Below, piece after piece: positions 20,816 to 28,785 of a stretch of DNA of 64,000 nucleotides (positions are counted from its first letter, which is position 1; every line of letters begins with the position of its first letter). Origin of the DNA: an uncultured Candidatus Saccharibacteria bacterium. Its GTDB lineage: Bacteria > Patescibacteriota > Minisyncoccia > Phycocordibacterales > UBA2100. The stretch covers positions 361,372-425,371 of the forward strand of contig CAZELA010000001.1 of assembly GCA_964512835.1 (NCBI GenBank), read 5' to 3'. The notes under the pieces are model-generated. The model was not told the DNA's origin. It was given only the letters and a program-made list of their open reading frames with translations, and made no database searches. The position numbers and the translations under genes were made by a program.

Positions 20816-21544
20816 ATGCACATATTCCGCTCACATCCGTTTAAGCGCGCGGTCGCGCTCGGTATCGGAGCGGCGGTCGGAATGCTCTACGCGTTTTCAG
20901 CAATCGCTGCGAATGCAGAATCAATGCCGAATGTATCCATCGCCGGCAACGGCCAGGTAGCGGTCCGCGGTGCGACCGTTACATCGGTGCGTGGTGACGA
21001 GATCATTGCGACATCAAACTGGGGTGCATCGAAGATTGTGTGGAAGATTGAAGTCACGAGCGCCACAAAACTGACTCCGGAAAGCGAGGGTAAAGATCTT
21101 TCACTACTCATTCAGCCGCACGAGATCATCGGGTTCTCCGGTCTGATTGATCAGCGCGGAGGCGCATTCGTCGTGTACTCTTCTACGCTCCGAAACGAGA
21201 GTGTAATGCATGATGCCGTCGTTCTTGACGGCAGTGTCATCGGTGCCGGACCGGATCATTTTGTCATGCAGACGGATAGCGGCACATCGACGATCGTTGT
21301 CGGTACGGGCACTATTATGACCAAAGACGGTAACAAGGCCGGCCTCGCGGATCTCGTGCCGGGAGCGACCATCAAGGCGTTCGGCACGTTCAACGTGCGT
21401 GATCGTGTGCTGACGGCGAATCGAGTCGTATCAGTGAGCGAACAATTGCCGAAGATACCAAACACCGGGAAAAGAGAGCAGAGCGGCTGGTTTCATCGGA
21501 TTATGGCGTGGGTGGGGCAGGGGGGACCGTTGTCCGCACAATAG
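20816..21544 (+). CDS. hypothetical secreted protein, DUF5666-like beta modules
   Basis: Signal peptide. Repeated beta-strand-rich modules similar in style to 3436..4167. C-terminal ...LPKIPNTGK... lacks a hydrophobic anchor. Confidence 0.45.
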   Translation: MHIFRSHPFKRAVALGIGAAVGMLYAFSAIAANAESMPNVSIAGNGQVAVRGATVTSVRGDEIIATSNWGASKIVWKIEVTSATKLTPESEGKDLSLLIQPHEIIGFSGLIDQRGGAFVVYSSTLRNESVMHDAVVLDGSVIGAGPDHFVMQTDSGTSTIVVGTGTIMTKDGNKAGLADLVPGATIKAFGTFNVRDRVLTANRVVSVSEQLPKIPNTGKREQSGWFHRIMAWVGQGGPLSAQ

Positions 21545-21547
21545 CAC

Positions 21548-21577
21548 TGTCAAATCCGTCCCGAATGGGTATATAAT
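21548..21577 (+). promoter_or_regulatory. sigma70-like promoter of pyrB (leaderless arrangement)
   Basis: cTGTCAa-N18-TATAAT, with the -10 ending 6 nt before the GTG start codon of pyrB. Confidence 0.5.
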
Positions 21578-21583
21578 CTGCGC

Positions 21584-22489
21584 GTGCAACACGTCCTAGA
21601 AACGCAACAATTCGACCGGACAGCGCTCAAAGAGCTGTTCGCGCTCGCGACCAAAATGGAGAATCATCGCGATGATTCTCTCCACGGAAAAATTCTGGCC
21701 TCGCTTTTTTATGAACCGAGTACGCGTACGAGATTCTCATTCGAGTCGGCAATGTTCCGTCTCGGGGGGCATGTTATTACTGCCGAAAACGCAAACGAGA
21801 TGTCGAGTGCTATCAAAGGAGAGACACTCGAAGACACGATCCGGGTCGTCAATAATTATGCAGACGCGATCGTTATCAGGCACCCTGAGATCGGAACGGC
21901 GGAACGCGCTGCAGCGGTCTCGGCTGTCCCGGTAATAAATGCGGGCGACGGTGCCGGTCAGCACCCGACCCAGGCGTTGCTCGATCTCTATACGGTCGAG
22001 CGCGAGCTCGGGAGAATCGACGGTGTGCATGTAGCCATCGTGGGCGACTTGCGCTATTACCGATCTGCTCGCTCGCTCTCGTACCTCCTGAGTAAATTTA
22101 AAGATATTACAATCACCGGCGTTTCAATGCCGGAGCTCACGATGTCTGAGGAGTTGAAGCGGCACCTTGCCGATAACAATGTCACGTATCGGGAGACGGA
22201 TTCGCTTAAGGACGCGATGCGGGACGCTGATGTTATCTATCAGACCCGCATCCAAAAAGAACGACTGACACCCGAAGCGTACGAACGGACCAAGGGTCAC
22301 TACGTCATCGATAAGCCGCTTGCCGACTCTATGAAGGAGGGCGCGATCATCATCCATCCGCTTCCGCGCGTCGGAGAAATCACTCCGGAAGTCGATGCCT
22401 CACCGCATGCGGTGTACTTCAAACAGGTCGGATACGGTGTGCTCATACGCATGGCTATCCTTTCGATTTTGTTCGGCACCAAAAAATAG
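21584..22489 (+). CDS. pyrB: aspartate carbamoyltransferase catalytic subunit
   Basis: STRTR carbamoyl-phosphate motif, HPTQALLD. ATCase-specific YQTRIQKERL and HPLPRVGEI blocks. ~300 aa. Confidence 0.9.
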   Translation: MQHVLETQQFDRTALKELFALATKMENHRDDSLHGKILASLFYEPSTRTRFSFESAMFRLGGHVITAENANEMSSAIKGETLEDTIRVVNNYADAIVIRHPEIGTAERAAAVSAVPVINAGDGAGQHPTQALLDLYTVERELGRIDGVHVAIVGDLRYYRSARSLSYLLSKFKDITITGVSMPELTMSEELKRHLADNNVTYRETDSLKDAMRDADVIYQTRIQKERLTPEAYERTKGHYVIDKPLADSMKEGAIIIHPLPRVGEITPEVDASPHAVYFKQVGYGVLIRMAILSILFGTKK

Positions 22490-22527
22490 TTTGGGTAAAC
22501 CCGGGGGGACGGGTGTATATTCAGCAC

Positions 22528-23109
22528 ATGGAGTGGTTCGTGCGTATCTGGATTCCGATCGCAATAGCCGTCACGGGCATGTGTGCCGTAACTTTCTTTT
22601 CCGACCAGCGAATATATCGTCAGTCACTCAATGACCCCCAGGTACAGATCGCCGAGGATCTCGCATTTCAGATTGATCGAGGTGCGAAGCCGAGTGTTTT
22701 GATTTCAACCTCAACGATCGTCGACATTTCTTCCAGTCTACGGACGTACGCAGCGATCTATGATAAGGATCTCAACCCTGTTGTTTGGAACGGGGAGTAC
22801 CAGTCTCAGGCTCCGATGCCCCCGCGCGGAGTGTTCGAGGCCGCAAAGGGTGCGGCGGGAACGGGGCCGGGGGAAAATCGTGTCACGTGGCAGCCTGACG
22901 AGGATACTCGGTCAGCCATTGTTGTCGTTCATGTGCTAAAAACCGACGGGTATGTTCTGGTTGGCCGTAATATGCGAGAGATAGAGAATCGTATCTGGAG
23001 CACTCAAGCGCTCGTCGGAATCGCGTGGATATTTACGCTACTTACTACGCTCATAGCAACATGGGCAGGAGGCCGTATTGCCGCACGTAAAACAGGCGTC
23101 GTTTGGTAG
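22528..23109 (+). CDS. hypothetical membrane protein
   Basis: N-terminal and C-terminal TM helices around a periplasmic domain. No family match recognised. Confidence 0.4.
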   Translation: MEWFVRIWIPIAIAVTGMCAVTFFSDQRIYRQSLNDPQVQIAEDLAFQIDRGAKPSVLISTSTIVDISSSLRTYAAIYDKDLNPVVWNGEYQSQAPMPPRGVFEAAKGAAGTGPGENRVTWQPDEDTRSAIVVVHVLKTDGYVLVGRNMREIENRIWSTQALVGIAWIFTLLTTLIATWAGGRIAARKTGVVW

Positions 23110-23112
23110 TAC

Positions 23113-23907
23113 TTAGTGAGGAATAAGGATATTCACGGCGATCATGATCGCGGCGCCGAACAGTAGCGCTGCGGTATGATGCAGCCTCGTGCCGGATCGG
23201 TGTGCGGCGTGTGCCGCATGGGGAATGAGGTCACGAAGGATTACCGAGAGAAATCCGCCGGCCGCAACTGCACTCAGTAGCGATATCAATACACCTGAAG
23301 ACGTAAAAATGAATGCTATGCCGACGCCGATCAAAATGGTTGCCGAGGCGGCAAGATTCGAAAGCAGTGCGCGTTTGTCGGAATACCCGGCATGTTTCAG
23401 CACGAAGAACTGTGATATCTCCTGGACACACTCATGCAGGAATATAGCGATTGTGGCGGCTATACCGATCTCCCACCCGGCAAGAAACGCGGACACAACG
23501 AGAAATCCGTCCGTAACGTTGTGTATCCCGTCTGATATGAGCACGCGCCGTCCGTCTACTTCGGAGTGCGAGTGCTCGGTGGCTTCGTGATGGTGGTGCG
23601 CATCAGGGATTAAGCGATGTACGATCTCGAGCGCCACCATTCCCAAACACACCGCAAGCACGACCATCGGCGCCGATGAACCCTCAAATGCCTCGGTTAT
23701 CAGGTGAAAGGAAAGCACGGAAAGTACTCCTGCCGAAAAGGTGGCCAGATACCCGATGCGGGCCTTCAGCCACGAACCAAGCGTGTTGGACGTAAAAAGA
23801 ACGCCGGCGAGCGAGCCGGACATTATGAATAGCGAGGCGAGCACGGAGTAAAGAATGGTCATGCAGCGACTATAGACACACTCTATACAGAGCGAGCCGT
23901 TTTTCAA
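23113..23907 (-). CDS. ZIP family metal transporter (ZupT-like)
   Basis: 8 TM. His-rich cytoplasmic loop (HHHHEATEHSHSE). Conserved HxxxD/E in TM4-5 (HNVTDG, HECVQE). Confidence 0.8.
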   Translation of the reverse strand: MKNGSLCIECVYSRCMTILYSVLASLFIMSGSLAGVLFTSNTLGSWLKARIGYLATFSAGVLSVLSFHLITEAFEGSSAPMVVLAVCLGMVALEIVHRLIPDAHHHHEATEHSHSEVDGRRVLISDGIHNVTDGFLVVSAFLAGWEIGIAATIAIFLHECVQEISQFFVLKHAGYSDKRALLSNLAASATILIGVGIAFIFTSSGVLISLLSAVAAGGFLSVILRDLIPHAAHAAHRSGTRLHHTAALLFGAAIMIAVNILIPH

Positions 23908-23953
23908 AGCGAGCCCGATTCGTCAAATGGGCGCCCGTGGTATGATGCCGCTC

Positions 23954-25411
23954 ATGTCAGAGGCTGAAATACGGGCCGAACGGCTCAAAAAGATAGACCG
24001 CCTTCGTGAGGCGGGTATGGAGCCGTACCCGATCAAGGCCGAACCGACTGCCACGATCGCCGAGTTTTTAGGGACCTTTGCAGAGCGCGAATCACATGCG
24101 AAACCGTCGACATTGGTGGGACGTGTTATGGCTTCGCGCGGTCAGGGTGGCATTATGTTCGCCGATATCTTCGACGGAACGGGTCGCATTCAGGCCGTGC
24201 TGCAAAAGGACGACATAGATGCGTCGGTCTTTGCATTGTATGAAGAAACGGTTGATACAGGTGATTTTGTGGAGCTCACGGGTACCGCATACACGACAAA
24301 GCGCGGAGCTCAGTCCATAAAGGTTCAGACGTGGCGCATGATCGCAAAGTCCGTTCTACCGATACCCGACGGCTGGTACGGTCTCAAGGACGAGGAACTG
24401 ATCCTGCGTCAACGGTATCTCGACGTCTTGCTCAATGATGAGACTCGGTCGATGTTTGTCCGACGGTCAAAGTTTTGGCAAACGATCCGAAATTTTTACA
24501 TCGAACGTGGTTTCTTGGAAGTGGAGACGCCTGTATTGGAATCGACCCCGGGCGGAGCCGACGCTCGGCCGTTCGAAACTCATCACAATGCGCTCGACAT
24601 TGACGTCAGTCTGCGAATATCACTCGAGCTCTGGCTTAAACGTCTGCTTGTTGCCGGTTATCCGAAAGTATTCGAGATAGGCAGGATCTTCCGCAACGAG
24701 GGTCAGTCGCGTGAACATCTGCAAGATTATACGCAGCTCGAGTCCTACGAGGCTTTCAAGGACATGCGAGACGGCATGGATTTCATTCAGGAACTCTACC
24801 GCACTATCGCAAAGGAGGTTTACGGCAAATACACGTTCGATATCAATGGGCACACGGTGGATTTGGCCGAGCAGTGGGGAATCATAGATTTCGTGGCGGT
24901 CATTCAGAATGAGTATGGGGTTAATGCGATCTCGTGCACGGAAGAAGAGGCTGTGCAGGCGGCAAAAAACGCGGGAGTCGTGTTCGGGGATGCACCCAAT
25001 AAAACCCGTGCGATTGACGGACTGTGGAAATTGATCCGCAAAACAGTTTCCGGACCGGCATTTCTCGTCGGTGTGCCGGTCTACCTGGAGCCGCTGGCAA
25101 AGCGAGTGCCCGGGGATCCGGAGCGCGTAGAGAGGTTTCAGGTAATTCTGGCCGGTTCCGAAATGGGCAAGGGTTTTTCTGAACTCAATGATCCGCTTGA
25201 TCAACGTGCTCGATTCGAGGAGCAGCAAAAACTTCGTGACGCAGGCGACGATGAGGCTCAGCGCCTTGATGAGGATTATGTTCGCGCCATGGAATACGGC
25301 ATGCCGCCGAGTTTCGGTTTCGGACTTTCCGAGCGCCTCTTTTCATTCCTCGAGAATCGCCCCGCCCACGAAGCACAGATATTTCCGCTGCTGCGACCTC
25401 GATCTGACTAA
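23954..25411 (+). CDS. lysS: lysine--tRNA ligase (class II)
   Basis: OB-fold anticodon-binding N-terminus. Class II motifs 1-3 (…FLEVETPVL…, …RNEGQSREH…, …GFGLSERL…). TGgTATGAT extended -10 lies 7 nt upstream of this ATG. Confidence 0.9.
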   Translation: MSEAEIRAERLKKIDRLREAGMEPYPIKAEPTATIAEFLGTFAERESHAKPSTLVGRVMASRGQGGIMFADIFDGTGRIQAVLQKDDIDASVFALYEETVDTGDFVELTGTAYTTKRGAQSIKVQTWRMIAKSVLPIPDGWYGLKDEELILRQRYLDVLLNDETRSMFVRRSKFWQTIRNFYIERGFLEVETPVLESTPGGADARPFETHHNALDIDVSLRISLELWLKRLLVAGYPKVFEIGRIFRNEGQSREHLQDYTQLESYEAFKDMRDGMDFIQELYRTIAKEVYGKYTFDINGHTVDLAEQWGIIDFVAVIQNEYGVNAISCTEEEAVQAAKNAGVVFGDAPNKTRAIDGLWKLIRKTVSGPAFLVGVPVYLEPLAKRVPGDPERVERFQVILAGSEMGKGFSELNDPLDQRARFEEQQKLRDAGDDEAQRLDEDYVRAMEYGMPPSFGFGLSERLFSFLENRPAHEAQIFPLLRPRSD

Positions 25412-25413
25412 CC

Positions 25414-25836
25414 ATGGGTGACGAAGAATTTCAGATGCTCGTCGCTGAGGCGTACGAGAAGCTTCCTGAATGGGCGCGTAAAAAAGCTGACAACGTCGCA
25501 CTGCTTGTCGAAGATGAGCCGACCGAGGAGGTTCGAGCTTTTCACAAACTCCAACATGATGAGACGCTGCTCGGACACTATCAGGGTATTCCCGTTACCG
25601 CTCGCGGGGAAGAGTACGGCGGCATGGTGATGCCGGACACGATCACTATATTCAAAGAGCCGTGTCTCGATGCGGCGGAAGAGACCTGTCCGCCGGATGC
25701 CTCCGACGACGTGTTTCTGGAGCATGTACGTAAGGTTGTGGACGAAACGGTGTGGCATGAGTACGCCCATTACCTCGGTATGGATGAGGAGGAAGTCAGA
25801 CGCCGCGAGGGTATTCGCGACAACCCTCCGCTGTGA
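25414..25836 (+). CDS. zincin-like metallopeptidase family protein (PF06262-like)
   Basis: Acidic small protein with HEYAH (HExxH) near the C-terminus, characteristic of minimal zincin-type putative metallopeptidases. Confidence 0.6.
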   Translation: MGDEEFQMLVAEAYEKLPEWARKKADNVALLVEDEPTEEVRAFHKLQHDETLLGHYQGIPVTARGEEYGGMVMPDTITIFKEPCLDAAEETCPPDASDDVFLEHVRKVVDETVWHEYAHYLGMDEEEVRRREGIRDNPPL

Positions 25837-25946
25837 TATAACAGAGTGCCCTGATCCGCTTATATCTTCGCCAGATAGCTCGCCAAGGGCACGTGCGTCG
25901 ATGAGATCAGGGTCTCGCACAGGCCGACGCGGTCGGCATGACTTTA

Positions 25947-25976
25947 GGACGGCCCTTCGGACCGTCCTTTTTTTTG
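25947..25976 (+). terminator. rho-independent terminator
   Basis: ggacggccc-ttc-ggaccgtcc hairpin followed by T8. Confidence 0.65.
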
Positions 25977-25990
25977 CTATAGTTTGCCGC

Positions 25991-27229
25991 ATGGCAAATC
26001 TTTCAGATATGCTCCGCGAACGCGGATACGTGCATCAATTTTCATCAGAGACCCTTGAAGAGATTACCGACGGCGGTCCTCGTACGGTATACCTTGGCGT
26101 CGATCCCACGGCAGACTCGATACATCTCGGTAATTTCGTGCAATATATGTTTCTCCGCCGGTTTGCCGAGGCGGGGCACAAAGTGATTCTCATCATCGGC
26201 GGGGGCACCGCACTTGCAGGAGACCCGAAACCCGATGTCGAGCGGTCATTGACCGATGCGTCACTCGTAGCTGAGCGGGCGGCAAAATTAAAAGCGCAGG
26301 CAGAAAAGATTATGGGTGGTGTCGAGCTGACGCTGGTAAACAATGCGGACTGGTTGACCACGCTCAATCTGATGGAATTTCTGCGTGACACAGGCAAACA
26401 TTTCACCGTTAATAACCTGATCAAGAAGGATGCGATCAGCGCCCGTTTGGAAAGCGCCGACGGCATATCATTTACCGAATTTACGTATCCGCTTTTGCAG
26501 GCCTACGATTTCTGGCATTTGCACAAAACCTACGGCTGCGATGTACAGATCGGCGGATCAGATCAGTGGGGCAATATAGTCGCCGGCGTCGATCTGATAC
26601 GACGCAAAGAAGGCTCGAAAGCATACGCGCTGTCCTCTCCGCTTATTATCGAGAAGTCGACCGGCAAGAAATTCGGGAAGAGCGAGGGTAATGCCGTATG
26701 GCTGGACCCCCTTAAGACGTCGCCGTTTGAGTTCTATCAGTTCTTCGTCAATACCGAGGACGACATGGTGGAAGAGCTCATGCTGAAATTCACCGTGCTC
26801 TCGAAACCAGAGATTGATGCTGTGCTCGCGGATCACATGAATAATCCCGGTGCGCGAATCGCACAGCGAAAGCTTGCACAGGCGGTTACGTCACTGGTGC
26901 ACGGTGCAGACGAGGCTGCCCGAGCGGAGCGTGTGTCTCAGCTGCTTTTCGGGGGTGAGTCCCCAAACGATGCCGACTGGGGCATCATAGCTACCGGCGC
27001 CCCTTCACACGCGGTCCACGAAGGCGCGGGTATGCTGGATGTGCTCGTCGAGACTCGTCTCGCGAGCTCCAAACGAGAAGCGCGTGAATACATTTCTGGA
27101 AACGCTATTACCCTCAACGGAAACGCGGTCACGGAAGATAGGCCGCTCAATGCAAGCGATTTCCAAAACGGTCACGCGCTTCTTAAGCGCGGAAAACGCA
27201 GTGTCGCCGTGATACGATTACAGTTATAA
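25991..27229 (+). CDS. tyrS: tyrosine--tRNA ligase
   Basis: HIGH-type motif (DPTADSIHLGN), KMSKS variant (KFGKS), C-terminal S4 domain. TGcTATAGT extended -10 lies 7 nt upstream of ATG 25991. The track's 5' extension reads through the upstream terminator and is rejected. Confidence 0.9.
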   Translation: MANLSDMLRERGYVHQFSSETLEEITDGGPRTVYLGVDPTADSIHLGNFVQYMFLRRFAEAGHKVILIIGGGTALAGDPKPDVERSLTDASLVAERAAKLKAQAEKIMGGVELTLVNNADWLTTLNLMEFLRDTGKHFTVNNLIKKDAISARLESADGISFTEFTYPLLQAYDFWHLHKTYGCDVQIGGSDQWGNIVAGVDLIRRKEGSKAYALSSPLIIEKSTGKKFGKSEGNAVWLDPLKTSPFEFYQFFVNTEDDMVEELMLKFTVLSKPEIDAVLADHMNNPGARIAQRKLAQAVTSLVHGADEAARAERVSQLLFGGESPNDADWGIIATGAPSHAVHEGAGMLDVLVETRLASSKREAREYISGNAITLNGNAVTEDRPLNASDFQNGHALLKRGKRSVAVIRLQL

Positions 27230-27239
27230 TTCTCATACC

Positions 27240-27374
27240 ATGGCAAAAAACCCCATCGAAGGATCGCAGCGAATGAAGAAGAATCTTGGTTCGAAGACTC
27301 CCGCGCGCGTAGCGCCGCGAATGCAGAATAATCGCGGCCAGGGTGGAAAGGGTGGCAAGAAGGGCGGCCGCTAA
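27240..27374 (+). CDS. small basic KGG-repeat protein (44 aa), hypothetical
   Basis: Not in the ORF track because it is <60 aa. ATG lies 9 nt after a TATAAT that overlaps the tyrS stop. Sequence MAKNPIEGSQRMKKNLGSKTPARVAPRMQNNRGQGGKGGKKGGR. Confidence 0.35.
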   Translation: MAKNPIEGSQRMKKNLGSKTPARVAPRMQNNRGQGGKGGKKGGR

Positions 27375-27395
27375 GGGATGTGCTAGTGTAGCTCC

Positions 27396-28634
27396 GTGAA
27401 GCGGCCAATATCATTATCTATAGAGGCTACTGTGCCCGGCACACTAGCACGTGCCGGAGTTTTGCATACGCCGCACGGGGATATCAAGACCCCTGCATTT
27501 ATGGGTGTGGCTACAAAGGCCACTGCAAAAGGACTGGCATCATTTGATTTTAAAGACATGGGCCTGCAGGGCCTTATTACAAACGCATACCACTTGTATC
27601 TCACGCCGGGAGAAAAAATAGTACAGGCCGCAGGCGGGGTTGCGAAATTCATGGCATGGGATGGGCCTACCATGACGGATTCCGGCGGATTCCAGGTGTT
27701 TTCCTTAGGTGTCGGATTCGGTAAACAGGTTTCGAAAATCACCGAAGAAGAGAAGCCGCGAGAGGCGGGTGTATCTGTCTACGACGAGGATATAGCAAGC
27801 GAGCACGGCAAACTTGCCATCGTTGACGATGAGGGGGTTTCGTTCACGTCACATCATGACGGTTCGCTGCATCGATTCACTCCCGAGCGGTCGATTGAGA
27901 TCCAGCACGCGCTCGGCGCGGATATCATTTTCGCGTTCGATGAGTTCATCGCGCCGACCGAACCGCACGCTGATCAGAAAGAATCTATGGACCGCACACA
28001 TCGCTGGGCGGCACGCTCACTGCGGGCACACCGCGGAAACATCGAAGCTAATGATCGACAGGGCATCTACGGCATCGTGCAGGGCGGCAGGTACGAGGAC
28101 CTGCGTATCGAAAGTGCAACGGAGCTCGGAAACATGGATTTTGACGGGTATGGCATCGGCGGCACGTTCAGCAAAGCGGACATCATCGGGATACTGAAAA
28201 AGGTGAACGAGATACTTCCCGCGGAAAAGCCGCGCCATCTGCTGGGGATCGGCGAGCCCGAGGATATGTTTATCGGCGTAGAGGCGGGCATCGACACGTT
28301 CGACTGCGTGGTACCGACCAGAAACGGCCGCAACGGGACCGTCTACACCGAGGACGGTAAATTTTCGATAGAAAAGGCGCAGTTTGCGACCGACCTCAGC
28401 CCGATTGATCCGTCGTGCTCATGTCGTGTTTGTACGACCTATACGCGCAGCTATGTTCACCATCTGTTCCGATCAAAGGAAATGCTGGGGATGGTGCTCG
28501 CGTCAATGCACAATATGCATTTTCTTGCCGACTTGACGGCCCGCATTCGCGCGTCCATCGTGGACGGTACTTTCATGCAGTTTCGTGACTCTTTTCTCGG
28601 GCGCTACAAAGCAAAGAAGGGCGCATCGGCCTAA
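27396..28634 (+). CDS. tgt: queuine tRNA-ribosyltransferase (tRNA-guanine transglycosylase)
   Basis: Conserved DSGGFQ, catalytic Asp region, Zn site CSCRVC...H. Contains a ~30 aa insertion relative to canonical Tgt. GTG start. Confidence 0.85.
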   Translation: MKRPISLSIEATVPGTLARAGVLHTPHGDIKTPAFMGVATKATAKGLASFDFKDMGLQGLITNAYHLYLTPGEKIVQAAGGVAKFMAWDGPTMTDSGGFQVFSLGVGFGKQVSKITEEEKPREAGVSVYDEDIASEHGKLAIVDDEGVSFTSHHDGSLHRFTPERSIEIQHALGADIIFAFDEFIAPTEPHADQKESMDRTHRWAARSLRAHRGNIEANDRQGIYGIVQGGRYEDLRIESATELGNMDFDGYGIGGTFSKADIIGILKKVNEILPAEKPRHLLGIGEPEDMFIGVEAGIDTFDCVVPTRNGRNGTVYTEDGKFSIEKAQFATDLSPIDPSCSCRVCTTYTRSYVHHLFRSKEMLGMVLASMHNMHFLADLTARIRASIVDGTFMQFRDSFLGRYKAKKGASA

Positions 28635-28785
28635 AGAGTGCTTCGGCAGGCCAATTTTGCTAAAGTAATCGGATGGCCTTGAAAATAGTCAGCGACTATA
28701 AACCCTCGGACGATCACCCGGGACGCTGCTGCGTCCCAAGTGCAAGGCACATTTCAGATCGCAGATCGCGTGATCGATATTTTGT

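Noticed and set aside
25670-25990. 5' extension of the tyrS ORF (track start 25670) and a possible T-box leader upstream of tyrS/lysS
   Set aside because: The extension reads through a terminator hairpin and the stop of the upstream gene. No T-box consensus (AGGGUGGNACCGCG) or specifier-loop architecture is present. Extended -10 boxes 7 nt upstream of ATG 25991 and ATG 23954 indicate leaderless transcripts instead.
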